DNA of 64,000 nucleotides from an uncultured Kiritimatiellota bacterium. Lineage in GTDB: Bacteria; Verrucomicrobiota; Kiritimatiellia; RFP12; DVOR01. The stretch is from contig CALXSE010000001.1 in assembly GCA_944391085.1 (NCBI GenBank), forward strand, positions 71,857 through 135,856. Reading direction: 5' to 3'. Under the pieces are notes generated by a model, which worked only from the letters and a program-made list of their open reading frames with translations, had not been told where the DNA came from and ran no database searches. Below, piece by piece: positions 15,876 through 23,790 of this stretch (the first letter of the stretch is position 1; each line of letters starts with the position of its first letter). Position numbers and translations under genes: made by a program.

Positions 15876-17645
15876 ATGGAGGAACGCGCCCCAACGCTCT
15901 ACCGCGGCCTCGCGGCCTCCGGCGGCCTGGTCTTCGCCGCCGTCGTCCGCTTCGAGGCCAAGAAGGTGCGCGAGGCGCCCCGCTACGAGGTGCCCCCCGA
16001 GGAGGCCAACGCCGAGATCGCCCGCTTCTACACCGCGCTCGACAAGGCGCGGCGCGAGCTCGTCGAGCTGGCCAAGGCCACCGAGAGCCATGCCTCCAGC
16101 GCGGAGGCCGGCATCTTCGACGGCCACCTCATGCTTCTCTCCGACACGTTCCTCATCGACCGCGTCGTCAAAGACATCCGCAACGAGCGCGTCAACGCCG
16201 AATGGGCCATCCATCAGGCCTTCGAGGCGCTCATCGGCATGATGCGCAACATGGGCGACGACTACCTGCGCGAGCGCGAGGCCGACCTGCTGGACGTGCG
16301 CAACCGCATCATCGGCAACCTGCTCGGCGACGGCGGGCAGCGCGCCGTCCCGGCCATCGACCGGCCCTCGATCATCGTTGCCGACAACATCTCGCCCTCT
16401 GACGCCGTCTCCCTCCCCCGCCGCTACATCCGCGGCATGGCCACCGAGCAGGGCTCCCTCACCGCCCACGTCACCATCCTCGCGCGCGCCCTCGGCGTCC
16501 CGGCCGTCGTCGGCATCGGGCGCAGCCTCGACGCCATCAAGGCCGGCGACGAGGTGGCCCTCGACGGCTTCCACGGCCTGCTCTGGCACCTGCCCACGGA
16601 CGCCGTCAAGGCCGAGCTGCTGGCCTCCACCGCCCAGCAGCGCGCCACCCAGGAGCACCGCCGCTCCCTGGCCGACCGCCCCGCGCGCACCTGCGACGGC
16701 GTGGAGGTCACCCTCCTGGCGAACGCCGACCACAGCGTCGGCTTCGAGGGCATCAGCGAGCACGGCGCGCAGGGCATCGGGCTCTACCGCACCGAGTACC
16801 TCTGGATCGGCCTGGGGCGCGAGCCCACCGAGGAGGAGCAGTTCCGCGCGTACGCCGAGGTGCTCTGCTCCTGCGCGGACAAGCCCGTCACCCTGCGCGT
16901 GCTGGACATCGGCGGCGACAAGATGGTCGGCCGTAGCCACGCCCACGAGGCCAACCCTTTCCTCGGCAACCGCTCCATCCGCTACCTTCTCAACAACCGC
17001 GCCACCTTCCGCGCGCAGATCCGCGCCATCCTCCGCGCCGCCGTCATGGGCGACTGCGCGCTTATGTACCCCATGGTCACGACGCTCGAGGAGCTACGCG
17101 CCTGCCGCGCCTTCGTGGCCGAATGCAAGCGCGAGCTCGAGGAAGAGGGCGTCCCCTTCCGCCGCAACGTCCCCGAGGGCGTGATGATCGAGATCCCCTC
17201 CGCCGCGCTCCTGGCCGACAAGCTCGCCGCGGCGTGCGACTTCTTCTCGCTGGGCACCAACGACCTGGTGCAGTACACCTTCGCCGTCGACCGCGGCAAC
17301 GAATCCGTCGCGCACCTCTACCAGCCGCTCCACCCCGTGATCCTGCGGCTCATCGACGGCGTCGTGCAGGCCGCGCGCCGCCACGACATCCCCGTCTGCG
17401 TCTGCGGCGAGATGGCCTCCGACCCGCTTGCGGCGCTCATCCTCGTGGGCATGGGCATCCGGCGCCTGAGCATGTCCGCCAACCTCATCCCCCGCGTCAA
17501 GGAGCTCATCTGCCGCGTCGCCTACTTCGACATGCAGCGGCTGGTGGACACCCTCCGGCGCGAGGATCCCTCCTCCGCCGCCGAGGTGGCCGAGCGCTCC
17601 CGCGCCGTCATCAGCCGCTACGCCCCCGACGTCCTCAACGCCTGA
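15876..17645 (+). CDS. ptsI: PEP-protein phosphotransferase (PTS enzyme I)
   Basis: Start at ATG 15876 (GGGAGG SD 8 nt upstream); a GTG at 15855 is also possible. Phospho-His region GSLTAHVTILARALGVPAVVG. PEP-utilizer signature GTNDLVQYT. Confidence 0.93.
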   Translation: MEERAPTLYRGLAASGGLVFAAVVRFEAKKVREAPRYEVPPEEANAEIARFYTALDKARRELVELAKATESHASSAEAGIFDGHLMLLSDTFLIDRVVKDIRNERVNAEWAIHQAFEALIGMMRNMGDDYLREREADLLDVRNRIIGNLLGDGGQRAVPAIDRPSIIVADNISPSDAVSLPRRYIRGMATEQGSLTAHVTILARALGVPAVVGIGRSLDAIKAGDEVALDGFHGLLWHLPTDAVKAELLASTAQQRATQEHRRSLADRPARTCDGVEVTLLANADHSVGFEGISEHGAQGIGLYRTEYLWIGLGREPTEEEQFRAYAEVLCSCADKPVTLRVLDIGGDKMVGRSHAHEANPFLGNRSIRYLLNNRATFRAQIRAILRAAVMGDCALMYPMVTTLEELRACRAFVAECKRELEEEGVPFRRNVPEGVMIEIPSAALLADKLAAACDFFSLGTNDLVQYTFAVDRGNESVAHLYQPLHPVILRLIDGVVQAARRHDIPVCVCGEMASDPLAALILVGMGIRRLSMSANLIPRVKELICRVAYFDMQRLVDTLRREDPSSAAEVAERSRAVISRYAPDVLNA

Positions 17646-17649
17646 AGCC

Positions 17650-19065
17650 ATGTTCCAACGCCTCTGCCGATTCTGCGACGAAACCCTCTGGCGCCTGGGC
17701 CCCCTGCCCTCGCGCTGGCAGGCCTGGGCCCTCAAGCCCCTGCGCTTCGCCCTGCTCACCGCCCGCTGTTGCGTGCGGGACGGCGCGACGCTCCATGCCT
17801 CGGCCCTCACCTACATCACGATGCTCGCCATCGTCCCGGTCTTCACCCTTGGCCTCACCTCCCTCAAGGCCTTCGGCGCCGGTGACGTGGCCGAGCGCAA
17901 GCTCCTGGGCTCCATCGAGAGCTTCGTCGGCGGGCTCGAGGCCGGGGCGGCCCCGCCCGGCGCCGGGGCCGCCCCCGCCGACCAGGCCGTCAACGCCCTC
18001 AACGACGTCTGCGTCGCCGTCTTCGACCAGATCAACTCCATCAACTTCGCCCAGATCGGCGCCGTCGGCGCCGTCGCCCTCATCTTCATGGTCATTGGCG
18101 TGCTGGGCAAGATCGAGAACAGCTTCAACGCCATCTGGGGCGTCCGGAAGGCCCGCCCCCTCTGGCGCAAGTTCACCGACTACCTCAGCGTCATCATCAT
18201 CGCCCCCCTCCTCGTCCTCGCGGCCACCACCCTGCCCATCCTCGACGGCCTCACCCACCTGATCCCGGACCTCTTCGGCCTGCGCACCTTCCTCGAGGCC
18301 ATCGGCATCCTCGGCTCCCTCGTCCCCCTGCTGCTGGGCACGCTCCTCTTCGCCTTCCTCTTCGGCTTCCTCCCCAACACCAGGGTCGCCGTCCCCAGCT
18401 GCTTCCTCGGCGGCTTCCTCACCGTCCTGGCCCTCACCCTCTTCTTCAAGGTCTGCTTCGTCCTCCAGGTCGGCATCGCCAACTACAGCGCCCTCTACGG
18501 CTCCCTCGTCGCCCTCCCCGTCCTCCTCTTCTGGATCTATTCCAGCTGGCAGATCGTCCTCATCGGCGCGGAGATCTGCTACGTCCACCAGCATCGCGCC
18601 GAGCTCACGCTCCAATCCGCCTTCTCCCACCCCTCCCGGCGCGACACCCTCACCCTCGCCCTCGCCCTCGCCCTCGGCGCCGCGCACGCCATCGAATCCG
18701 GCCGCGCCCCCCTCGCCCTGCGCGCCTTCGCCCGCGCCCTCGCCCTCCCCGAGCGCGACGTCACGCGCGTGGCCGCCATCCTCGAGCGCAACCGCATCCT
18801 CCTGCCCGTCGCCGACGCCTCCTCCACCCTCCCCGCAGGCTACGTCCTGGCGCGCTGCGCCACCGTCCTCACCGTCGCCGACGTCATCAACGCCTGCCTC
18901 GACGACGCCCCCGGCGAGGATCTCCTCGCGCGCACCGCCCCCCTCGCCCCCCTCCACCCCATCCTCGTGCAGATCGACCGCGGCCTCGCCGCGGTCCTCG
19001 ACGAGCGCTTCTCCGAGCCCCTCTCCGCCGTCCTCAAGCGCGCCCGGGCCCACGCCGCGCCATGA
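17650..19065 (+). CDS. YihY/BrkB-family inner membrane protein with a ~150-aa C-terminal extension
   Basis: ASALTYITMLAIVPVFTL and the following multi-TM core are YihY-like. The C-terminal third (from about 18590) is soluble and helical. Confidence 0.78.
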   Translation: MFQRLCRFCDETLWRLGPLPSRWQAWALKPLRFALLTARCCVRDGATLHASALTYITMLAIVPVFTLGLTSLKAFGAGDVAERKLLGSIESFVGGLEAGAAPPGAGAAPADQAVNALNDVCVAVFDQINSINFAQIGAVGAVALIFMVIGVLGKIENSFNAIWGVRKARPLWRKFTDYLSVIIIAPLLVLAATTLPILDGLTHLIPDLFGLRTFLEAIGILGSLVPLLLGTLLFAFLFGFLPNTRVAVPSCFLGGFLTVLALTLFFKVCFVLQVGIANYSALYGSLVALPVLLFWIYSSWQIVLIGAEICYVHQHRAELTLQSAFSHPSRRDTLTLALALALGAAHAIESGRAPLALRAFARALALPERDVTRVAAILERNRILLPVADASSTLPAGYVLARCATVLTVADVINACLDDAPGEDLLARTAPLAPLHPILVQIDRGLAAVLDERFSEPLSAVLKRARAHAAP

Positions 19066-19451
19066 GCAACCCCCGCGCCGGCCTCACCCTCGTCGAGCTC
19101 GTCCTGGCCATCGTCATCCTGGGCGGCTCCCTCGCCGTCCTCTACCGCTCCATCCTCGTCAGCGCCCGCATGGTGCTTGTCTCCCGCGAGCGCGAGGCCG
19201 TCGCCTACGTCTTCTCCCTCGGCGAGCTCGCCTATCCCCTGCGCGATGTCGAGGACATCGAGGAGGACGGCCCCGTCGACCCCGACCCCTCCCTCCTCGA
19301 GGGCTACGTCTACGAGCGCACCCTCGACGACAAGGAAGACCCGCCCGAGGGCGTCGAGGACGACGGCCTCTACGTCCTGCGCACCGTCGTCACCTGGGAC
19401 GACGGACGCCAGCGCCAGGAAATCGTCCGCTACGTCCGCGCCGCCCAATGA
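19062..19451 (+). CDS. Prepilin-type N-terminal methylation-domain protein (GspI-like minor pseudopilin)
   Basis: MSNPRAGLTLVELVLAIVILGGSLAVL, 129 aa. ATGA overlap with the yihY-like gene. Confidence 0.75.
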   Translation: MSNPRAGLTLVELVLAIVILGGSLAVLYRSILVSARMVLVSREREAVAYVFSLGELAYPLRDVEDIEEDGPVDPDPSLLEGYVYERTLDDKEDPPEGVEDDGLYVLRTVVTWDDGRQRQEIVRYVRAAQ

Positions 19452-20278
19452 CCGCCCCCCGCCCAGCCTCCCGCCGCCGCGGCTTCACCCTGGTGGAGCT
19501 CCTCGTCTCCCTCACCCTCCTGGGCCTCCTCTCCGTCATGCTCTTCGGCTCCTTCCACGCCGTCGTCCGCTCCTGGGAGGCCGGCCGCGCCGCCATCGAC
19601 AACGCCGGGCACGCGGATTACCTCATGGATCAGCTCGCCGCCGCCCTCCGCTCCGCCTACTGCCCCGGCCAGGGCGAGGACTACGGCTTCATCCTCACCG
19701 ACGACGGCGGCGACAATGACGCCATCGAATGGTGCAAGGTCGGCCCCACCCTCGTCGGCGAAGACGCCGAGTTCGCCCCCGTCCCCCACCGCGTCCGCGT
19801 CTTCGTCACCCAGCCGGACGGCGACTTCCCCGGCGGCTTCACCGTCCGCGCCTGGCGCCAGGCCCTCCAGCTCGACGAGTTCGACCCCGAGCTCGACACC
19901 GTCGAGCTCGTCCTCTCCCCCCGCGTCGTCGGCCTCAACTGCCGCGTCCTCGACCCGGATCAGGAGCACGACGTCAACGACGCGCTCAACTGGACCGACG
20001 AGTGGGCCAAGACCAACACGCTCCCCGCCGCCCTTGAGCTCACCCTCCTCATGCGCCCCGCCGAGGAGGGCGAGGAGCCCACAGAGACCAAGCGCATCGT
20101 CGAAATCCCCCTCGCCGAGCTCTCCCAAAACCCCACCCTCGGCGCCTCCGCCAACAAGACCTCCACCGAGGGCGCCTCCCTCTCCACGCCCGGCGGCGGC
20201 TTCCAGGGCTCAGGCGGCAACGGGCGTGGCCCCGGCGGGGCACCGCCCGGCGGCCTTGCCCCGCCCAGCCCCCGATGA
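19448..20278 (+). CDS. Prepilin-type N-terminal methylation-domain protein (GspJ-like minor pseudopilin) with Gly/Pro-rich tail
   Basis: RRGFTLVELLVSLTLLGLLSVMLFG, 276 aa. ATGA overlap with the upstream pseudopilin gene. Confidence 0.75.
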   Translation: MTAPRPASRRRGFTLVELLVSLTLLGLLSVMLFGSFHAVVRSWEAGRAAIDNAGHADYLMDQLAAALRSAYCPGQGEDYGFILTDDGGDNDAIEWCKVGPTLVGEDAEFAPVPHRVRVFVTQPDGDFPGGFTVRAWRQALQLDEFDPELDTVELVLSPRVVGLNCRVLDPDQEHDVNDALNWTDEWAKTNTLPAALELTLLMRPAEEGEEPTETKRIVEIPLAELSQNPTLGASANKTSTEGASLSTPGGGFQGSGGNGRGPGGAPPGGLAPPSPR

Positions 20279-20287
20279 GGCGCCCTT

Positions 20288-20316
20288 TTGCAGGGCGGGG
20301 GGAAATATGGTTTAAT
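20288..20316 (+). promoter_or_regulatory. Predicted promoter TTGCAG-N17-(TGG)TTTAAT (serS)
   Basis: Extended -10 TGGTTTAAT at 20308-20316, 26 nt upstream of the serS ATG. Confidence 0.5.
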
Positions 20317-20342
20317 AGGGGCGTTTTAGCAGAGAGGCTACC

Positions 20343-21620
20343 ATGCTCGATATCAAGCGGATTCGTGAGCGGCCCGACGAGGTGCGCGAGGGTTTGAGGC
20401 GCCGGTGGATGGACACCGCGCCCGTGGACGACGTGCTGGGGCTCGACGCCCGGCGCCGGGCGCTGGTCACCGAGACCGACGCGCTGAAGGCCAGGCGCAA
20501 CGAGGTCTCCAAATCCATCGGCGCGCGCGTCAAGGCCGGCGAGGACGTCGAGGCCGTGAAGGCCGAGATGCGCGCGGTGGGCGACGCCATCGCCGCCAAG
20601 GACGTGGAGATCCGCGAGACCGAGCAGGCCTTCCGCGAGGCCATGTTGCGCATCCCAAACGTCCCCAACAAGGACATCGCCACCGGCCCCGACAGCTCCG
20701 CCAACCGCGACGTGCGCCACGTGGGCGAGATGCCGGCCTTCGACTTCAAGCCGCTGGACCACATCGCCCTGGGCGAAAGGCTCGGCATCTTCGACTTCCC
20801 GCGCGGCGTCAAGCTCACGGGCACGGGCTTCCCCATCCTCCTGGGCCAGGGAGCGAGGCTCCAGCGCGCGCTCATCCAGTACATGCTCGACCTGCACACC
20901 CAGCGTCAGGGCTACACCGAGATGCTCCCGCCCTTCGTGGTGAACACCGCCTCCATGGTCGGCACCGGCCAGCTGCCGAAGATGAAGGACGACATGTACC
21001 ATTGCGAGGTCGACGACTTCTGGCTGATCCCCACCGCCGAGGTCCCCGTCACCAACTATTACCGCGACGACGTCCTCGACGCCGCCCAGCTCCCCATCAA
21101 GCTCACCGCCTACACCCCCTGCTTCCGCCGCGAGGCCGGCAGCGCGGGCAAGGACACCCGCGGCATCCTCCGCGTCCACCAGTTCGACAAGGTCGAGATG
21201 GTGAAGTTCGTCGCCCCCGAGACCTCCTACGACGAGCTTGAGAAACTGGTCAAGGACGCCGAGGACGTCCTCACCGGCCTGGGCCTGCACTTCCGCGTCC
21301 TCGAGCTCTGCTCCGGCGACATCTCCTTCTCCGCCGCCAAGTGCTACGACCTCGAGCTCTGGGCCCCCGGCCAGCAGGCCTGGCTCGAGGTCTCCAGCTG
21401 CTCCAACTTCGAGAGCTTCCAGGCCCGCCGCGCCAACATCCGCTACCGCCGCCCCGACGGCAAGCTCGATTTCGTCCACACCCTCAACGGCTCCGGCGTC
21501 GCCCTTCCCCGCCTGATGATCGCCATCCTCGAACAGTGCCAGCAGGCCGACGGCTCCGTCCTCCTGCCCGAGGCCATCCGCCCCTACTTCGGCGCCGAGC
21601 GCCTCACGCCCGCGAGATAA
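20343..21620 (+). CDS. serS: Seryl-tRNA synthetase
   Basis: MLDIKRIRERPDEV, coiled-coil arm, class II motifs (FRREAGSAGKDTRGILRVHQFDKVE; GSGVALPRLMIAILE). Confidence 0.97.
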   Translation: MLDIKRIRERPDEVREGLRRRWMDTAPVDDVLGLDARRRALVTETDALKARRNEVSKSIGARVKAGEDVEAVKAEMRAVGDAIAAKDVEIRETEQAFREAMLRIPNVPNKDIATGPDSSANRDVRHVGEMPAFDFKPLDHIALGERLGIFDFPRGVKLTGTGFPILLGQGARLQRALIQYMLDLHTQRQGYTEMLPPFVVNTASMVGTGQLPKMKDDMYHCEVDDFWLIPTAEVPVTNYYRDDVLDAAQLPIKLTAYTPCFRREAGSAGKDTRGILRVHQFDKVEMVKFVAPETSYDELEKLVKDAEDVLTGLGLHFRVLELCSGDISFSAAKCYDLELWAPGQQAWLEVSSCSNFESFQARRANIRYRRPDGKLDFVHTLNGSGVALPRLMIAILEQCQQADGSVLLPEAIRPYFGAERLTPAR

Positions 21621-21623
21621 GCC

Positions 21624-22184
21624 ATGCCCAAACGCACCGGCCCCCTTGAGATGCGCCTGTGGGGCGACCCCGCCCTCCGCCGCCCCTGCGTCCCCGTCAC
21701 CGCCATCGACGACGCCCTCCGCCGCCTGGCCGTGGACATGCTCGAGACGATGTACAACGCCAACGGCGTCGGCCTCGCCGCGCCCCAGGTCGGCCGCGGC
21801 GAACGCCTCTGCGTCATCGACGTCCCCCAAGACGCCGAAAAGGAGGAATACGTCGAGGCAAACGCCGCCATCCCCATGCCCCTCGTCCTCGTCAACCCCG
21901 AGATCCTCTCCCGCGAAGGCGAGCAGACCGACGAGGAAGGCTGCCTCTCCTTCCCCTCCATCCACGCCCCCGTCACCCGCGCCGACAAGGTCTCCTTCAC
22001 CTTCCTCGACCAGCACGGCGAGCGCCGCACCTACACCGCCCACGGCCTCCTCGCCCGCGCCGTCCAGCACGAGCTCGAACACCTCGAAGGCCACGTCTTC
22101 ATCGACAACGTCGCCGACAAAGCCCCCATCGCCCAGAAGCTCGACAAGCTCGAGGCCAAGACCAGGCGCAAGCTCGGCCTCTGA
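21624..22184 (+). CDS. def: Peptide deformylase
   Basis: GVGLAAPQVG, EGCLSFP and HELEHLEG metal-binding motifs. Confidence 0.95.
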   Translation: MPKRTGPLEMRLWGDPALRRPCVPVTAIDDALRRLAVDMLETMYNANGVGLAAPQVGRGERLCVIDVPQDAEKEEYVEANAAIPMPLVLVNPEILSREGEQTDEEGCLSFPSIHAPVTRADKVSFTFLDQHGERRTYTAHGLLARAVQHELEHLEGHVFIDNVADKAPIAQKLDKLEAKTRRKLGL

Positions 22185-22247
22185 CGCACGGGGAAGCCGG
22201 GGAACGGGAACCGGGACGCCCTGAACCGCAGATCCGCCCACGCCGCC

Positions 22248-23258
22248 ATGAAAGCCCTTCGCCCCCCTTCCCCTTCGCGCACCCGCCGCGCGCCTGTTCG
22301 GCGCCCCACCGTCGCGCGCCGCGCGGCGCCCCCCCTTCTCCTCTGCCTCGCCCTCCTCTGCCCCACCCTCCGCGCGATGGAGCTGACGCTCCTTGACGAA
22401 GGCGGCGTCAAGGCCACCCTCTCCGCCGAGGCCCCCGTGCTTGCCCGCGAAACGCCCCTCCTCGCCACCCTCCGCGTCGAGACCCCCGCCGCCGAGGCCC
22501 CCGCGCTCCCAGACCTCCGCGACCGCCTCCGCGGCTTCTCGCTCGTCGAGGACTTCCCCGAAGGCCGGCAAACGGCCGCCGGGCGCGCCCTGGCCACCTG
22601 GCGCCTCCGCCTCACCCCCGCCCCCGAAGGCCCCTGGCGAATCCTCCCGATGGCCCTCACCCTCCGCGACCGGCAGACCGGCGCCACCCGCCAGCTCGCC
22701 ACCCGCGCCGCCGACTTCCCGCCCCCGGCGCCGCTCCCCCATGCCGACGGCGCACCAGAAGTCGACACCGCCCCCCTCTGGACGCCCCCCACCTGGCGCG
22801 CCATCGGCCTCTGGGCCCTCGCCGCCGCCCTCGCCGCCGGGGCCGGCGTCGCGCTCCTTCCCCTCCTCAGACGACTCCGCCGTACCCTCCACGAGCGCAC
22901 CCTCAGCCCCGAGGAACGCGCCCGCCTGGAGCTCGCCCGCCTCCTTGCCGAGGGCCTCCCCGCCCAGGGGCGCCTCAAACGCTTCTACTACGCCCTCACC
23001 GGCGTCGTCCGCCGCTACTTCGAGCGCGCCCACGCCCTCCGCGCCACCCGCCAGACCACCGAGGAGTTCCTCGCCGGCCTCGCCCAAACCCCCGGCGTCC
23101 CCCAAGCCTCAAAGGACGCCCTCACGGCCTTCCTCCAGGCCGCCGACCGCGTGAAATATGCCGGCCTTGAGGCCACACCCGCGCAGGCCGAGGCCTCCGC
23201 GCAGGCCGCCGAGGCCCTCATCGAGGCCGACGCCGCGGCGAGAAGGCAAGCGGGCTGA
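22248..23258 (+). CDS. Membrane protein resembling the BatD/DUF4381 aerotolerance-operon families
   Basis: Signal-like N-terminus, central TM (AIGLWALAAALAAGAGVALLPLL) and C-terminal pattern FYYALTGVVRRYFE...TTEEFL...ADRVKYAG. I recall that pattern from DUF4381 proteins. Confidence 0.5.
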   Translation: MKALRPPSPSRTRRAPVRRPTVARRAAPPLLLCLALLCPTLRAMELTLLDEGGVKATLSAEAPVLARETPLLATLRVETPAAEAPALPDLRDRLRGFSLVEDFPEGRQTAAGRALATWRLRLTPAPEGPWRILPMALTLRDRQTGATRQLATRAADFPPPAPLPHADGAPEVDTAPLWTPPTWRAIGLWALAAALAAGAGVALLPLLRRLRRTLHERTLSPEERARLELARLLAEGLPAQGRLKRFYYALTGVVRRYFERAHALRATRQTTEEFLAGLAQTPGVPQASKDALTAFLQAADRVKYAGLEATPAQAEASAQAAEALIEADAAARRQAG

Positions 23259-23284
23259 GCCCAAACGGCTGGTTCAGAGAAGGG

Positions 23285-23311
23285 AAAAGCCCGCGCGGAA
23301 TCCGCGCGGGC
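23285..23311 (-). terminator. Hairpin terminator after tRNA-Leu
   Basis: GCCCGCGCGG-AUU-CCGCGCGGGC followed on the minus strand by UUUUCCC. Confidence 0.55.
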
Positions 23312-23343
23312 CAATCGTTGGCTTCCGGCCGCCGAAGCCGCTT

Positions 23344-23428
23344 TGGTGGGCCCGGAGGGGGTCGAACCCTCGCGCCGTGAGGCACAGGAACCTAAATCCT
23401 GCGTGTCTGCCAATTCCACCACGGGCCC
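23344..23428 (-). tRNA. tRNA-Leu (anticodon TAG), CCA encoded
   Basis: Reverse complement GGGCCCGTGGTGGAATTGGCAGACACGCAGGATTTAGGTTCCTGTGCCTCACGGCGCGAGGGTTCGACCCCCTCCGGGCCCACCA. 7-bp acceptor stem, anticodon loop TTTAGGT, long variable arm, T-loop TTCGACC. Confidence 0.9.
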
Positions 23429-23439
23429 GAATCGCGCAC

Positions 23440-23468
23440 AGTATACCACATCGCCCCGCCGCGCCCAA
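23440..23468 (-). promoter_or_regulatory. Predicted tRNA-Leu promoter TTGGGC-N17-(TGG)TATACT
   Basis: Extended -10 TGGTATACT at 23448-23440, ending 11 nt before the mature tRNA 5' end. Confidence 0.6.
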
Positions 23469-23502
23469 GTCGCCCAAGGCGAGAGGGGCGCGCCCTGTCG
23501 TC

Positions 23503-23790
23503 TCAGCGGGGAAGCAGGCGCGCCTGGGCCACGTCAGGGGAAAGGCCCGCGACAGAGAAGCGCTTGAGGCGGGCGCTCTGCCCGGAAAGCAGCTTGACGG
23601 CGGCGCGGGGGACGCCGAGGGCCTCGGCAAGGAAGCGGCGGGCGGCCTCGTTGGCCTTGCCGTCGACGGGCGGGGCCGCGAGGGCCAGGCGGAGCCACCC
23701 TTCCTCTTCGCCCAGGACGGCGTCCCTGGAGGCGCGGGGGGTGACCTTGACGGTGAGGGCGCAGCCCTCCTTCCAGCGCTCACACCACAT
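23503..23790 (-). CDS. DUF167 (YggU-family) protein
   Basis: Only the last 95 codons of track ORF 23503..24150 are credible: MWCERWKEGCALTVKVTPRASRDAVLGEEEGWLRLALAAPPVDGKANEAARRFLAEALGVPRAAVKLLSGQSARLKRFSV. This is the classic DUF167 pattern. Confidence 0.8.
   Translation of the reverse strand: MWCERWKEGCALTVKVTPRASRDAVLGEEEGWLRLALAAPPVDGKANEAARRFLAEALGVPRAAVKLLSGQSARLKRFSVAGLSPDVAQARLLPR

Noticed and set aside
20049-23105. 1018-aa minus-strand ORF spanning serS, def and the DUF4381-like gene
   Set aside because: It crosses three well-supported plus-strand genes and has shadow-ORF composition.
23259-23502. Integrase, att-like repeat or genomic island next to tRNA-Leu (and next to tRNA-Tyr at 53446-53530)
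   Set aside because: Both tRNAs are flanked directly by housekeeping or surface-protein genes with their own promoters and terminators. I noticed no recombinase gene and no duplicated tRNA 3' segment.
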